Below, piece by piece: positions 1-12,700 of a stretch of DNA of 64,000 nt. The notes under the pieces are model-generated. The model was not told the origin of the DNA. It was given only the letters and a program-made list of their open reading frames with translations, and made no database searches. The DNA is from Ophelia neglecta (taxonomy: Eukaryota). A program made the translations under genes and the position numbers. How positions within the stretch are numbered: position 1 is the first letter of the stretch; the number at the start of each line of letters is the position of its first letter. The DNA lies in NCBI GenBank assembly GCA_965285935.1, contig OZ260666.1, positions 1,302,001-1,366,000 on the forward strand, written 5' to 3'.

Positions 1-43
1 CGGATAAACCTCATTGGCTATGGTACTGCCACTGCGCAAAGCT
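1..43 (-). ncRNA. U4: U4 spliceosomal snRNA, partial (5' part; cut by window edge)
   Basis: Reverse complement reads AGCTTTGCGCAGTGGCAGTACCATAGCCAATGAGGTTTATCCG, the conserved 5' end of metazoan U4. Confidence 0.9.
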
Positions 44-571
44 ACCGAGAAAAAGTGGTTAGATTTTATATACCTGAGGGGCAGACAACTGCCACTGGTG
101 TGTGTTAAAAGCTTTGAGCTTAAAAGCACTATTACCCTAAAATTACATATGGTTTATTCAAGAAAATATTATCAAAATACCTTAAAAATAGCATTTAATG
201 AAAATCATTGAAATAATTTCCTTATGAAAGTCTGATTACTTATAAAATAATTTAATAGTTTATAAATACTTCAACATCGTTTGTGTCATGTCAGTTCTGT
301 GGACGCTACGTTAGCTTCCTTCGCCACATGCATGGTTACACCACAGGCAACTTGCCCCTCTCCTGGGTGGCTCAATGGACTATTTATAGTTTAAAATTAA
401 CATCAGAGTGTTAAGGGGAGGGGGGGAGGGAGGGAATCTGTTCACAGGCAACAACAGACAACCAACCTGCATCACTGTCATGGGTAAGATAAACTTTTTT
501 GTGTCAGTTCAAACCCTCTAATCACGCCTTGGACTAGTTGCAAAGGTGTGAAATTGATATTTATTTAAATC

Positions 572-714
572 TGCTCCCGGAGGAGCCCTCAAAAATTGCG
601 CATGCCGCCCATATTTCAGGGCGTCAGCGCGGGGTATTGGGTATAGTTTTCAACTAGCAATAACCACGCCTCGGATAAACCTCATTGGCTATGGTACTGC
701 CACTGCGCAAAGCT
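572..714 (-). ncRNA. U4: U4 spliceosomal snRNA
   Basis: Reverse complement AGCTTTGCGCAGTGGCAGTACCATAGCCAATGAGGTTTATCCGAGGCGTGGTTATTGCTAGTTGAAAACTATACCCAATACCCCG...AATTTTTG (Sm site)...GGCTCCTCCGGGAGC (3' stem-loop). About 143 nt and collinear with vertebrate U4; 3' end approximate. Confidence 0.96.
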
Positions 715-1572
715 ACTGATGGAAGGTGGTTAGATTTTATATACCTGAGGGGCAGACAACTGCCACTGGTGTGCGTGTGGAAAGTTTTGGGATTGAATGC
801 ACCTTTAATTTGCCGTAAGAAGGCAAAGGTTTTGCTCCGGGAAATATGATCAAAATACCTTTTAAATGCCACGTTATGTATTTAATTGAAATAAGTTCCT
901 TATGGTGTTCAGATAACTGATTAGTATATAATGATTATTATGCGTTCAACATAGCCCCGTCGTGTCAGGTCTGACGACACTGTACATTAGATTACTGCGC
1001 CATGAGCATGGTTATTTTTAATCGAGACTGTTACACCATTGGCCACTTGTACTTCACATAGGTTGATCTAAGCCTATAGCCCATCAATGGTTTAAATAAA
1101 ATGAATTAAGGGTGTTGATCTCGACGATGCAAGGTCAGTTAATTAGACTAATTAGACAATAAGTCCCCCACCCCCACCCCCATCCGCACCCCGCCACCCT
1201 CCAACCGGTGGGGGGAGGTGGGGGGGGAGGTAAGGTTCTCACAGTCATAATTTATCTTACTAAGCGTAATTCCAATAGGCAGGTAGCCCTCCTGGGGGCG
1301 GGGTTCCTTCCTATATTTCGGGGTAAACCTAGGTGTGGTCCAAGAAGGGTTGAAATTGGGCGTCATTTTAATGAAAACCAAATGCTACCCATTTTATAGC
1401 AAATCATCAAAAAAGCTAATACTTTATACCATTGGCACGATCTCATATATGGTCGGCCAACTTGTTAAAACGGGTTACATTTGATATCATCATCTTAAAC
1501 AAGATATCCATTGGATATAGCTAATAACGAGTAACCTGCCTACGGGCAGGAAGTTTATTTTTTATTTAAATC

Positions 1573-1715
1573 TGCTCCCGGAGGAGCCCTCAAAAATTGC
1601 GCATGCCGCCCATATTTCAGGGCGTCAGCGCGGGGTATTGGGTATAGTTTTCAACTAGCAATAACCACGCCTCGGATAAACCTCATTGGCTATGGTACTG
1701 CCACTGCGCAAAGCT
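1573..1715 (-). ncRNA. U4: U4 spliceosomal snRNA
   Basis: Identical to the copy at 572-714. Confidence 0.96.
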
Positions 1716-2251
1716 ACCGAGAAAAAGTGGTTAGATTTTATATACCTGAGGGGCAGACAACTGCCACTGGTGTGTGTTAAAAGCTTTGAGCTTAAAAGCA
1801 CTATTACCCTAAAATTACATATGGTTTATTCAAGAAAATATTATCAAAATACCTTAAAAATAGCATTTAATGAAAATCATTGAAATAATTTCCTTATGAA
1901 AGTCTGATTACTTATAAAATAATTTAATAGTTTATAAATACTTCAACATCGTTTGTGTCATGTCAGTTCTGTGGACGCTACGTTAGCTTCCTTCGCCACA
2001 TGCATGGTTACACCACAGGCAACTTGCCCCTCTCCTGGGTGGCTCAATGGACTATTTATAGTTTAAAATTAACATCAGAGTGTTAAGGGGGGAGGGGGAG
2101 GGGGGGAGGGAGGGAATCTGTTCACAGGCAACAACAGACAACCAACCTGCATCACTGTCATGGGTAAGATAAACTTTTTTGTGTCAGTTCAAACCCTCTA
2201 ATCACGCCTTGGACTAGTTGCAAAGGTGTGAAATTGATATTTATTTAAATC

Positions 2252-2394
2252 TGCTCCCGGAGGAGCCCTCAAAAATTGCGCATGCCGCCCATATTTCAGG
2301 GCGTCAGCGCGGGGTATTGGGTATAGTTTTCAACTAGCAATAACCACGCCTCGGATAAACCTCATTGGCTATGGTACTGCCACTGCGCAAAGCT
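2252..2394 (-). ncRNA. U4: U4 spliceosomal snRNA
   Basis: Identical to the copy at 572-714. Confidence 0.96.
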
Positions 2395-3252
2395 ACTGAT
2401 GGAAGGTGGTTAGATTTTATATACCTGAGGGGCAGACAACTGCCACTGGTGTGCGTGTGGAAAGTTTTGGGATTGAATGCACCTTTAATTTGCCGTAAGA
2501 AGGCAAAGGTTTTGCTCCGGGAAATATGATCAAAATACCTTTTAAATGCCACGTTATGTATTTAATTGAAATAAGTTCCTTATGGTGTTCAGATAACTGA
2601 TTAGTATATAATGATTATTATGCGTTCAACATAGCCCCGTCGTGTCAGGTCTGACGACACTGTACATTAGATTACTGCGCCATGAGCATGGTTATTTTTA
2701 ATCGAGACTGTTACACCATTGGCCACTTGTACTTCACATAGGTTGATCTAAGCCTATAGCCCATCAATGGTTTAAATAAAATGAATTAAGGGTGTTGATC
2801 TCGACGATGCAAGGTCAGTTAATTAGACTAATTAGACAATAAGTCCCCCACCCCCACCCCCATCCGCACCCCGCCACCCTCCAACCGGTGGGGGGAGGTG
2901 GGGGGGGAGGTAAGGTTCTCACAGTCATAATTTATCTTACTAAGCGTAATTCCAATAGGCAGGTAGCCCTCCTGGGGGCGGGGTTCCTTCCTATATTTCG
3001 GGGTAAACCTAGGTGTGGTCCAAGAAGGGTTGAAATTGGGCGTCATTTTAATGAAAACCAAATGCTACCCATTTTATAGCAAATCATCAAAAAAGCTAAT
3101 ACTTTATACCATTGGCACGATCTCATATATGGTCGGCCAACTTGTTAAAACGGGTTACATTTGATATCATCATCTTAAACAAGATATCCATTGGATATAG
3201 CTAATAACGAGTAACCTGCCTACGGGCAGGAAGTTTATTTTTTATTTAAATC

Positions 3253-3395
3253 TGCTCCCGGAGGAGCCCTCAAAAATTGCGCATGCCGCCCATATTTCAG
3301 GGCGTCAGCGCGGGGTATTGGGTATAGTTTTCAACTAGCAATAACCACGCCTCGGATAAACCTCATTGGCTATGGTACTGCCACTGCGCAAAGCT
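3253..3395 (-). ncRNA. U4: U4 spliceosomal snRNA (terminal copy of the array)
   Basis: Identical RNA-coding sequence with a diverged upstream flank. Confidence 0.96.
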
Positions 3396-3743
3396 ACTGA
3401 TGAAAGGTGGTTAGCTTCTATGTACCTCACGAGCTGACATCTACTGCTGGTGTGAGTGATGAAACTTGGCATCGATTTTCCCATCTTTCATTCGTAAAAT
3501 CATCAGCTTTCTTTATATAGATATAATCAAAATACGTAATATATGGTAGGCCCGCATTCTCTTAGAGATAATTAATATTACTTTTCGGAATAAATATAAG
3601 ATACCCGAAAAAGTTAACATGTTTTTAACATTCCCTCACCGTCGCGGCGGGTGTGACGACACGGAAGTCTCCGAAAAGGTGAAGGCTGTTGTGCAGCGCC
3701 ATCTGTCGCAGGAAACCTTCGCCGAAATTATTGCGATCTCAAA
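3396..3743. promoter_or_regulatory. Short divergent intergenic/promoter region between U4 and AATF
   Basis: 348 bp between the U4 5' end and the AATF ATG. CpG-rich stretch with an ETS-like CGGAAGT at ~3662, plus a block upstream of U4 partly conserved with the other U4 copies. Confidence 0.5.
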
Positions 3744-6700
3744 ATGAGTTCACTGGTACACAAATTTGCAGATCTTTTGGATCCGAATCCGAAGTTTGAG
3801 GATCCAGAAAGCGACGAAGACGGTAACTTTTTCCTGATACTTTTTAATAGTAAATACGTGTGTTGTTGCGCCCAATATTGTGAATACACGGTTTGTATTA
3901 CGCTCTGACCTGTTTTATCGCTCACCAACATGTGGGATTGACAAGTCTGTCTGCTGGAAGCATAATTTCTTGCTTGGTTGACAATTCACAGGTATTTCTT
4001 TTCTTTCTACCAGTACTACAAATCCTCATACTTGAGGGTTCCTTGTAGGGTGAGCACGCTGGAAATAAATTAGTAATAAGACATAGACAAGTGTTCAGTA
4101 AAGGAAAACCTAGAACGGGAGTGCAGTGGAAACCAGAACAAGGGAAGAAAAGTATATACAGGTTAAAATCAGAGGTTCAGTTTAGAAGTCGCACCGACCC
4201 TGCAGATGACCCCCGAAGGCCTCCACTGTCTGTGCTTGGACAGTGAGTGAGGGTAGGGAGTTCCACTGCACCACCGTTCTGGGGAAGAACGAAGAGCTGT
4301 ATGACAGCGTGGTGCAGGGGACCTGCAGAAAACTATACTCATGGCTGCGTCTTGTTGGCCTTATAACAAGCTGTATATACTGGTATAGGTTGACTGCCAC
4401 AACACCGTGGACCATTTAAAACAAAAACACAAGCCGAGCATGACATCTGGGCTGTTCTAGAGTGTGCCACTCCAGTTGCTGCAACATTGAAGTAACACTA
4501 GAGGTATTATGGTAACGGTTTAAGGGTTCGTCGACTTACCGCACCTGGCCGCACCTGACAGCACCTGACCGCACCTGACCAAAGTATTTACCGCACCTGG
4601 CCTTAATATCCAATAATAACGCCTTAAACAGTCCATCTCCTCCTAACAGTTCGCAAACAATTTCTGGTTGTACCATTAACGGATATGCCTGGTCACGAGG
4701 CGCCATCTGTTGAATGGGCAGAAGTGTAGCAGTACAGCGCATCTGACTAACTGACAAATTTTATGAAGTTCCTTTAGAAAAGTGGATATTATGTTCTTAA
4801 TGTTATATAAGGTAAAATACACTGGGTATGTGAAATTAATGTTTTTGAAGAAAAATGATCATAAATAAAAGAATTCAAAGTTGAAATGTACTGGTCCACA
4901 TGGCTTATTCTTATAGTTCATTGACCAAACATACACATTTGAATGTTTATGACAATCCACCTTGCAGAAACACTGATAATACTTAAACTGCAATCAATAT
5001 CTGTCCCCTGGTCAGAGATTCACACATTGTTTATTATTGTGACATTGCAATTCAGTAACAAACTGTCAAAAGCAAGATGTCACACAAGTTGCTGATATAA
5101 TATAAGGCCCAGCCCAATAATAAAACTTGTAAAGCCAGACTTAGCTGTTATGATTCATAAAATATAAATATATTCAAATGATAAAAACTAAACGGTACCG
5201 TAGGCAAAAGGTGCAGAAATGAGATCAAGACTTCTAAGTTTTTCGGCCTTGAGGACGACAATTTGCGCTGTGCATTGTAGAAGTTAGGCAGATGCGCTGG
5301 TAATGGTACAACCTGAAATTGTTTGAGAACTGTTTAAGGCGTTTATTATTGGATATTGAGGCCAGGTGCGGTAAATACTTTAGTCAGGTGTGGCCAGGTG
5401 CGGCCAGGTGCGGTATATCGACGAACCGACGGTTTAACACCCAGCGTGCAGCCCTGCGCTGTACCCTCTCCAGTTTATACTTGTTCCCCTCAGTATAGGG
5501 GTCCCAGATAGCACTTCCTTGAGCACTTCCTCAAGTTGAGGTCAAACAAATCCTACATATGCTCTCTCTTTAATAGAAGGGTTATTAATTTTGAGATTGC
5601 GCTTAAGAAATCCGAGAGATTGTTTAGCCTTGGTTGCTATGTTGTTGATATGTTTGTTCCATGACATGTCCTGGGAGATGGTGAGGCCTAGATACTTAGC
5701 ACTAGTAACATTCTGTAGCCGGTGTCCATATAGGTTGTACTCAGAGTCTATGCAAGTCCTTTTACGACCGAATCGAAGGACTACGCATTTATCTGGGTGG
5801 AAGTCCATCTGCCAGAGGCGTGACCATTTTTCTAACATGGTCAGGTCTCTCTGCAGGGCATGTGTGTCCGCTTCTGATTTCTCTATAAACGATGGTATCA
5901 TCTGCAAACAGACGGACACAAGACTGTACACTGTCTGGTAAGTCATTTATGAAGATGAAAAAGAGGATCCGTCCTAGAACCGATTCTTGCGGTACACCAG
6001 ATGTCACCCTGCATTCTCCTGAGGATGCCCCCTCCACAACAACTCTCTGGGTCCTGTCAGCCAGGCAATTTTTTATCCAGAGGAGCGTCTGGCCTCTAAT
6101 CCCATACCAGTCTAACTTCAGTGCTAATTTTTGGTGCGACACCTTGTCAAAAGCCTTACTGAAGTCCATTACTATGCCTTCGGTAAAGTGTCCTTTCTCG
6201 CAGGTGGTATGTAGGTCCTGGATAAACTGCACTAACTGCGTTTCACAGGACCTACCTGGACGAAACCCATGTTGGTTCTGAGCCAGGATACCATGCTAGT
6301 CGAGGTGCCTCCTTAACTGGCTTGCTGCTATATGCTCCATAACCTTATTACATATGCAAGTTAAAGAGACTGGGCGATAGTTGGTGGCCACATGCTTTAA
6401 ACCTTTTTTATAGATGGGAACTAAATTGGCTTGGTGCTAATCATCCGGGATTTTACCTTCCGTCAGTGACTTTTGGAAAATGTTAGCCAAAATCGGGGCA
6501 ATTATCGTCCCCAGTTCTTTCAGAACCATGAAGCCCAGCAGCCTTGTGTGGCTTCAATTTGTGAAGCAACTTAGCCACTCCCTCTTTGCCTATAAAGAAC
6601 GAGGGCATGGCAGAATGAGGAGATCTCAGATTTGGTGGGATCGGGTCTTCTGACATATTGGCTATACAGCTTTGTTTCAGTGTTAGCGGGCTTGGATCAG

Positions 6701-9700
6701 AAAAGACCGAACTGAACTGCTTGTTCAATAGGTTAGCCTTAACAGTCTTGTCTGACTGTTTTATCTCAGCCTCATCCTCCAAGGGCGCAACTCCTGTGGT
6801 GTCGTTTTTACAGTGCTGTATAAAGGGTAGGGCAATATCCCCAAAATGGGGAACAATGGGGATTATCGGGGAATATATTTTCTGTCTAAAGAATAAACAC
6901 AATTTATATGTTTATAAATATTTAATTGCATGAATACTATCATAGCTATTTAAATATAATGTTTATACTCAGGTATTATATTTCACTAGACTACTAGTGT
7001 ATGATTCATTCATTTGAAGTAATTCAGGAAGAGTAGAGTAAGGAGTGTTGTTTGTTTATAGCAGAGGGTGAGAAAATCATCAGCCCTGGGATTAAGCAGG
7101 TTATATCCATTGAGTGGCTGCATTTGTTTCACAACAGGTTGGCATACACCAGGTGTATGCCGGTCACATGACTGGTTTGTGCCTGGTGTACTTGGCTTTG
7201 GGCGGCGAAACAAATACACTTGTGGCCAAGTGGTCCAACATAGCGCATAGATTGCTGCAATTGGTGTTCTTTCAGAATACTTAGAGGACAATGATGAGAG
7301 ATTACTCAATAAAGATTTCTTAATAGCACTGCTGTTAGGGTGCATTGATTTTATGTGTAATGACATCTTCATCTTGTCTCTGTTATGAATTTAAATAACT
7401 GGGGCACTCAGGCTTATGTGACAATACAAGAGCTCCATGCTCCATTCAGGCATAGATTTAAACTTTACATTAGAAAATATGTTGGTACATGGCAGTTTAA
7501 ATGTACAGTGTATAATGAATGAGCATGCATTTCTGTTGTGTAGACATTTCTTTATATTATACGTAGTGACAGAATAACCTGAAAACAGATTAAGCTGTTA
7601 AATGTATTACTTCTGTTGCTCCGTGCCGCCCACATACGAAAGTTTAAGGAACTTACTTTCATCTATTTATTGAACAACTAACCTTTTACCTTCCTTTACT
7701 AACACATTTTAGTCAGAAAAACATCTAACCCATCCACCTAGAAGATTTTTTTTATAAAATAGAGCTCAATAACCACTTACTTCTTACTATTATCCCCCTG
7801 TAAATAAAAATAGACAGTACAATAAACGATGAACTATACCCAACTTAAGACACTAAATGACCCACATGGTGTCTATTTGTCGTTAAGCCCCAAAAATCCT
7901 TCCAAATCCATAATCTCTGAGCAATGCGTTTTCTACAAACATTAAGGAATTTTCATCAATAACCAAGAAAACCTAGTGTTTTAATGATATTGCAATTTTA
8001 AAATAAAAAACTGGGCCCCAAATAGGGAACTATATGTCGACGGCAGACAGGTTATGCTTCTTCCAGGGTCCATTTTCAATAATAGAGCATCTTAGTGGCA
8101 TTTTATGTTTATAAATGATGTAAATGATGTATCTTTTTTATTTCTTCCACCCATCTGTATTTTGGAGAAAAGTGGGGGATGTGTATTGCGCCATGTCCTC
8201 TGCCTCTATTTGTTTTGGATATAGCTTGGCAACCGTTAGGCTGAAATTGACAGGAATGAAGCGTTGTAGGCCTCACAGGAACTGATTTACTTTTGGCAGA
8301 CATCTGAATATATTTAGTTCCAATAGCAATACAATAAAAAAAGTGCAATTAAAAAAGATGTAAATTTTAATTTAAGGGGGGCTTGGACTTTTCACATTTT
8401 TTAATACTTTTCTTTGGCTTTTCTCACCATTTCAGGCAATTGTCTTTGTTGTATTCTTCATGGACACAACTAGCATTATTTTACATAGAATAAAAATAAT
8501 TTGATTGCAAAATCTTTTTCCAGATACTATTGCAAAGTTGACCAGTAAATACACAGAGGATGATGATGTGGAGGATAAGAATACCAGTAGTACTATAAGA
8601 CGGAGAGCGACTGGACTGCTATCAGACTCTGATAAAAGATACTCCGGAAAGACAGTGTCACGTAAAACTCTCATAGAGGGAGACTCTGTCTCTGAAGGTT
8701 AGTGGTAAATCAACCTGAAGATTAGAAAGTTGGGGGATGCAGATTAAGTGGTGTTGGAGAGGTGTGGGGGAGAATGAAGGGTATGGGATGGTGGATTGTG
8801 GAGCCTCTATAAACCAGCATTTGTTTGTATTTATTAATATGGAAATATTAATCTTCTTAATTTTGGATATTAATAAATTTTATTTGAGTGGGAGATAATA
8901 AGGTGCAAAAAAAGTCGTATAGTTATTAATATAACATCCTATATTACTAGTATTTAGTAGTTTTCCAAGTTATGTGTTTCCTTGCATTACCTTCATTAAA
9001 TTTTATCTCTTGGATGACCAGATGGCGATGATGATGATGAAGTTGATGATGACAGTCTTGAAGGGAATGATGTAGATCAGCTTTCAGAAGATGATGATGA
9101 GGTCTCGGAGAATGAAGAAGATGAAATTGATTTAGAAAATTTCAGGCTAGAAGTAGGCAACAAGAAACAGACCACAAAATCTGATTTTAAGTGAGTGATT
9201 GTCTGTACCCTTCATTTACTCTACTTTTTTGGAGAATATGGGGCATATGATCCATATAACATATGTATTGGGCCATGTCCTCCGCCATTTGATTTGGAAA
9301 TAGCTCGGCATCAATAGGCCCACAGTTACTTTATTCCATAAATATGGTATAAGCCTGGGAAATTTGTTTGAGATAGGTGGTGCCACCCTAGTGCTTATTC
9401 TTCTTCCCCTACAGCAAGATTTTTTTTCATTGTATTTTGTGCATTTCTTTTGAATTATTAAGTTTTTCTAGGAAAAATGCTTAAATATAGGTGAGGAGAG
9501 GGGAGGGGGAGGGGGAGGATGGAGGGCAGGGGGTTGGAGGTGGTGCCAGGTGTATATAGTGAAACCTGTGAATTGAGACCACCCTAGTGACTGAAAAATA
9601 CTTGTCTGATTAGACAGGTAATCACCTCACATGAATTCCAATGTTTTGAGCAAATAAAATATTTTGGTGGGGGGTCTGGGAATTTGTCGACCAAATTGGA

Positions 9701-12700
9701 GCAAAGGTTTTTTTTTGACCACTTCGTGCATTTCCAGTGTTTTGAGCAAATAAAATAATTTGGGGGGGGGGGGGGGGGGAGGGGTGATCCTACACTTGCT
9801 TTCACTTTGCCAAAAGTAAATTTGGGACAGATTTATTTGCTCTCCCGTTTCATTGGCAAGGGGCATGCCCTTCTACGAAATCTACTACAAAGAATCAATT
9901 GTTTATTTCTTCATGTATACATTTAGCAACAAGACAACACAGTAGAAATATCCCCTTTTTGGTAGGTGGCAAAATTTTGCCTTCTGAAGCCCAACATAAC
10001 AGAAGTTTGGCTCTATAGCTCTTTGGTCCAAAGTTATACATAGCCTACCAATACAACATAAGAAATGGCCCAGAGCTATGAATCTTAGTCAAATTTTGCC
10101 TTCTGAGGCACAGTGCAGAGGGTTGGCTCCATAGCCAAATTAATACCTTGCTTACAAATACATCATAAGACAAGGTCTCCAAGCTATGAATCTTAGTCCA
10201 TAACTAATGTAATGTGCTTTCAGGGTTGGAGCTATGAAGGATTTCAGTCAGTTTGGAGAGGGGTCTGATAGTTCTGCAGTAGACGAAGAAGGTTCTGAAG
10301 AGGAAGATTATAGTGAAGATGAGGAGGAGGAAGAAGAGGAGGACATGTCTGGAGAGGAGGAGGAAGGTAGTGATGAAGAGGGAGGTATGTGTACAGCCGG
10401 GTTACCCACGGGTTACCCTTGTAACACTTGGGTACCTACTGAAAGTAAATATTTTGAAGTAATATTTTGAAATAAATTGCTTAAAAGAAGCAAGCAAGCC
10501 AGAGTATTAGTTTATGATGAAATATGAAATTAAATTAATTATAAAAAAATTCTAATAGGCTTTCTACATTCTATGTTAATTCTAAGTGTGTACAGTGATC
10601 CCTGCATTATAGGGACCCTGTGATGAAGGGACTCCCTCCCATAACAGGACAGTTTTCAATGCCCATGTCCTATCTTTCCTATGTTAATATCGCTCTGATG
10701 AAGGGACACCTGCTGTGTAGGGACACTTTTGCTTGGTGTCCCTACATCACAGGGACACTTAATTCATTTCAATTAGCAGTAAGATTATTATAAGAGAGGT
10801 TAGTAGTAACCCACTGGTAATGTACACTGTAAGGAATTTTCTATGATTTTTTTTTACAAATGCTATGGATTTTTTATGGTTTGTTTACAAATGATAATGA
10901 TTTTTCTATGGTTTGTTTACAGATGATAATGATTTTTCATTGCTTGTTTACAGATGATAATGATTTTTCTATGGTTTGTTTACAGATGATGATAATATTT
11001 CATGATTTGTTTACATATGATAATGATTTTTCATGGTTTGTTTACAGATGAAAATGATATTTCATGGTTTGTTTACAGATGATAATGATATTTCATGGTT
11101 TGTTTTCATATGATAATGATATTTCATGGTTTGTTTACATATGATAATGATTTTTCATGGTTTGTTTACATATGATAATGACTTTTCATGGTTTGTTTAC
11201 AGGTGGCAGTCCACAAAACTTCTCTAAAAGTAGTATTAATGAGGAGATAGAGAAAGGAAAAGCTGCCAAGGCACAGCTAGGTACAGTTTTATACTTCTTG
11301 TTTTATTTTTATACTAAGCTGATATTTGATATACCAGATCCCAGTCAACTGGGCGGGCTTAGAGACCAGATAGGGCACAATGTGGTGCCTGCTCTACTGA
11401 CCTGGTGATACTGTGACATGATTGATGTAAGGCCAAACCCAGATATTAGGTGTGGTTATCATGTCCCCGCACATAGCAGTACATAGAAGTACATTTACAA
11501 TAATGGCATTCCCCATCTTGCGAGCCACGTTTCGACTCTGAGGATAGAAGTAATGTGGGTTATAAAGTGTGGGGATAAAAAGTCATGTAGGTCATAAAGG
11601 CGATTCATATTTGTAAGCTCAATTTTAATTAGGGAAAGATGGAGAGGCCTGACTTGACTTTTAAAAACTACTTGCCCAAATTGTAATATTATAGCCTTGC
11701 AGGGATATGACATGTGTAAAATGAAGCTGGAAATTCACTTGCCTGACTCCCATTTTTACTTTAATACCCCGGCCAGTACCTTTCACCTGAATGGGGGGGG
11801 GGGGGGGATTCTGAAAAGACTGCAGATCTAAAGGAGCCAAGAAATGAAAAGGAAGGGGGGAGGAGGCCTATTTTATGGAGTAGCAATTTTGGAATACTAC
11901 CTTATACAGTCATACTACTACTACATTGATATTCATACTACTAGGTTTGTGGGACAGTTTCCTGGAGAACAGAATCAAGTTACAAAAGTCTGTTGTATTG
12001 GTCAACCAGCTGCCACAGCCAGCGGACTGGGACCTGTTTGTCCAGGAGTGTGGTACGGAGTACCAGGCCGCTCTGGTGGAAGGTAAGATCCTGTTTGTCC
12101 CGAGTGTGGTACGGAGTACCAGGCAGCTCTGGTAGAAGGTAAGATCCTGTTTGTACAGAGCACCAGACCGGGGTCGTATAGGGGTCGTATAGGGGTGAGG
12201 AGCTAACTACCAGGCCAATCTGTTTGTTTCTGATTTAAAGCAATTCAATTATCTTTCGTTCATGAACCAAAACTATTCATTACATTTATAATGAACTAAC
12301 TGAGGAAGACTCCATTTTATATAAAGCATTGACTGACACTGATTGATTGGCACTATAAATCCTTGTAGTGCTGTGAAACTACATATTTGTAATTGGCACT
12401 AAGATCGTAAAGCTAGGTGCATTTATGAAAGAAAATAAAAAATAAAATGATTCAGTGTCATATTATTCTTGTTTGAAAGAATTATGCAAAACAAGACAAA
12501 TCTGTTCCATACAAACTTGCCTTTATTTAGAATTTGATGCACTCGGAAACAGGTGGACTTGGTGTTTGTTAGTAGTATGTTTGTGGTGTTTGGTGTTATG
12601 AGTAGTATGTTTGTGGTGTTTGGTGTTATGAGTAGTATGTTTGTGGTGTTTGGTGTTATGAGTAGTATGTTTGTAGTGTTTGGTGTTATGAGTAGTATGT

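Larger units (their letters stand above)
1..3400. repeat. U4 snRNA tandem array; ~1.68-kb higher-order unit made of alternating ~0.67-kb and ~1.0-kb subunits
   Basis: 1-1672 recurs nearly identically at 1673-3352, differing mainly in one G-tract length. U4 5' ends at 43, 714, 1715, 2394 and 3395. Confidence 0.93.

Noticed and set aside
14-3079. Repeated short ORFs (63-77 aa)
   Set aside because: They overlap U4 snRNA genes and spacers; they recur only because of the tandem array.
5542-6902. RT ORFs as an active retroelement or retron-like system
   Set aside because: Multiple frameshifts and stops, 5' truncation and a nested insertion indicate a dead LINE copy.
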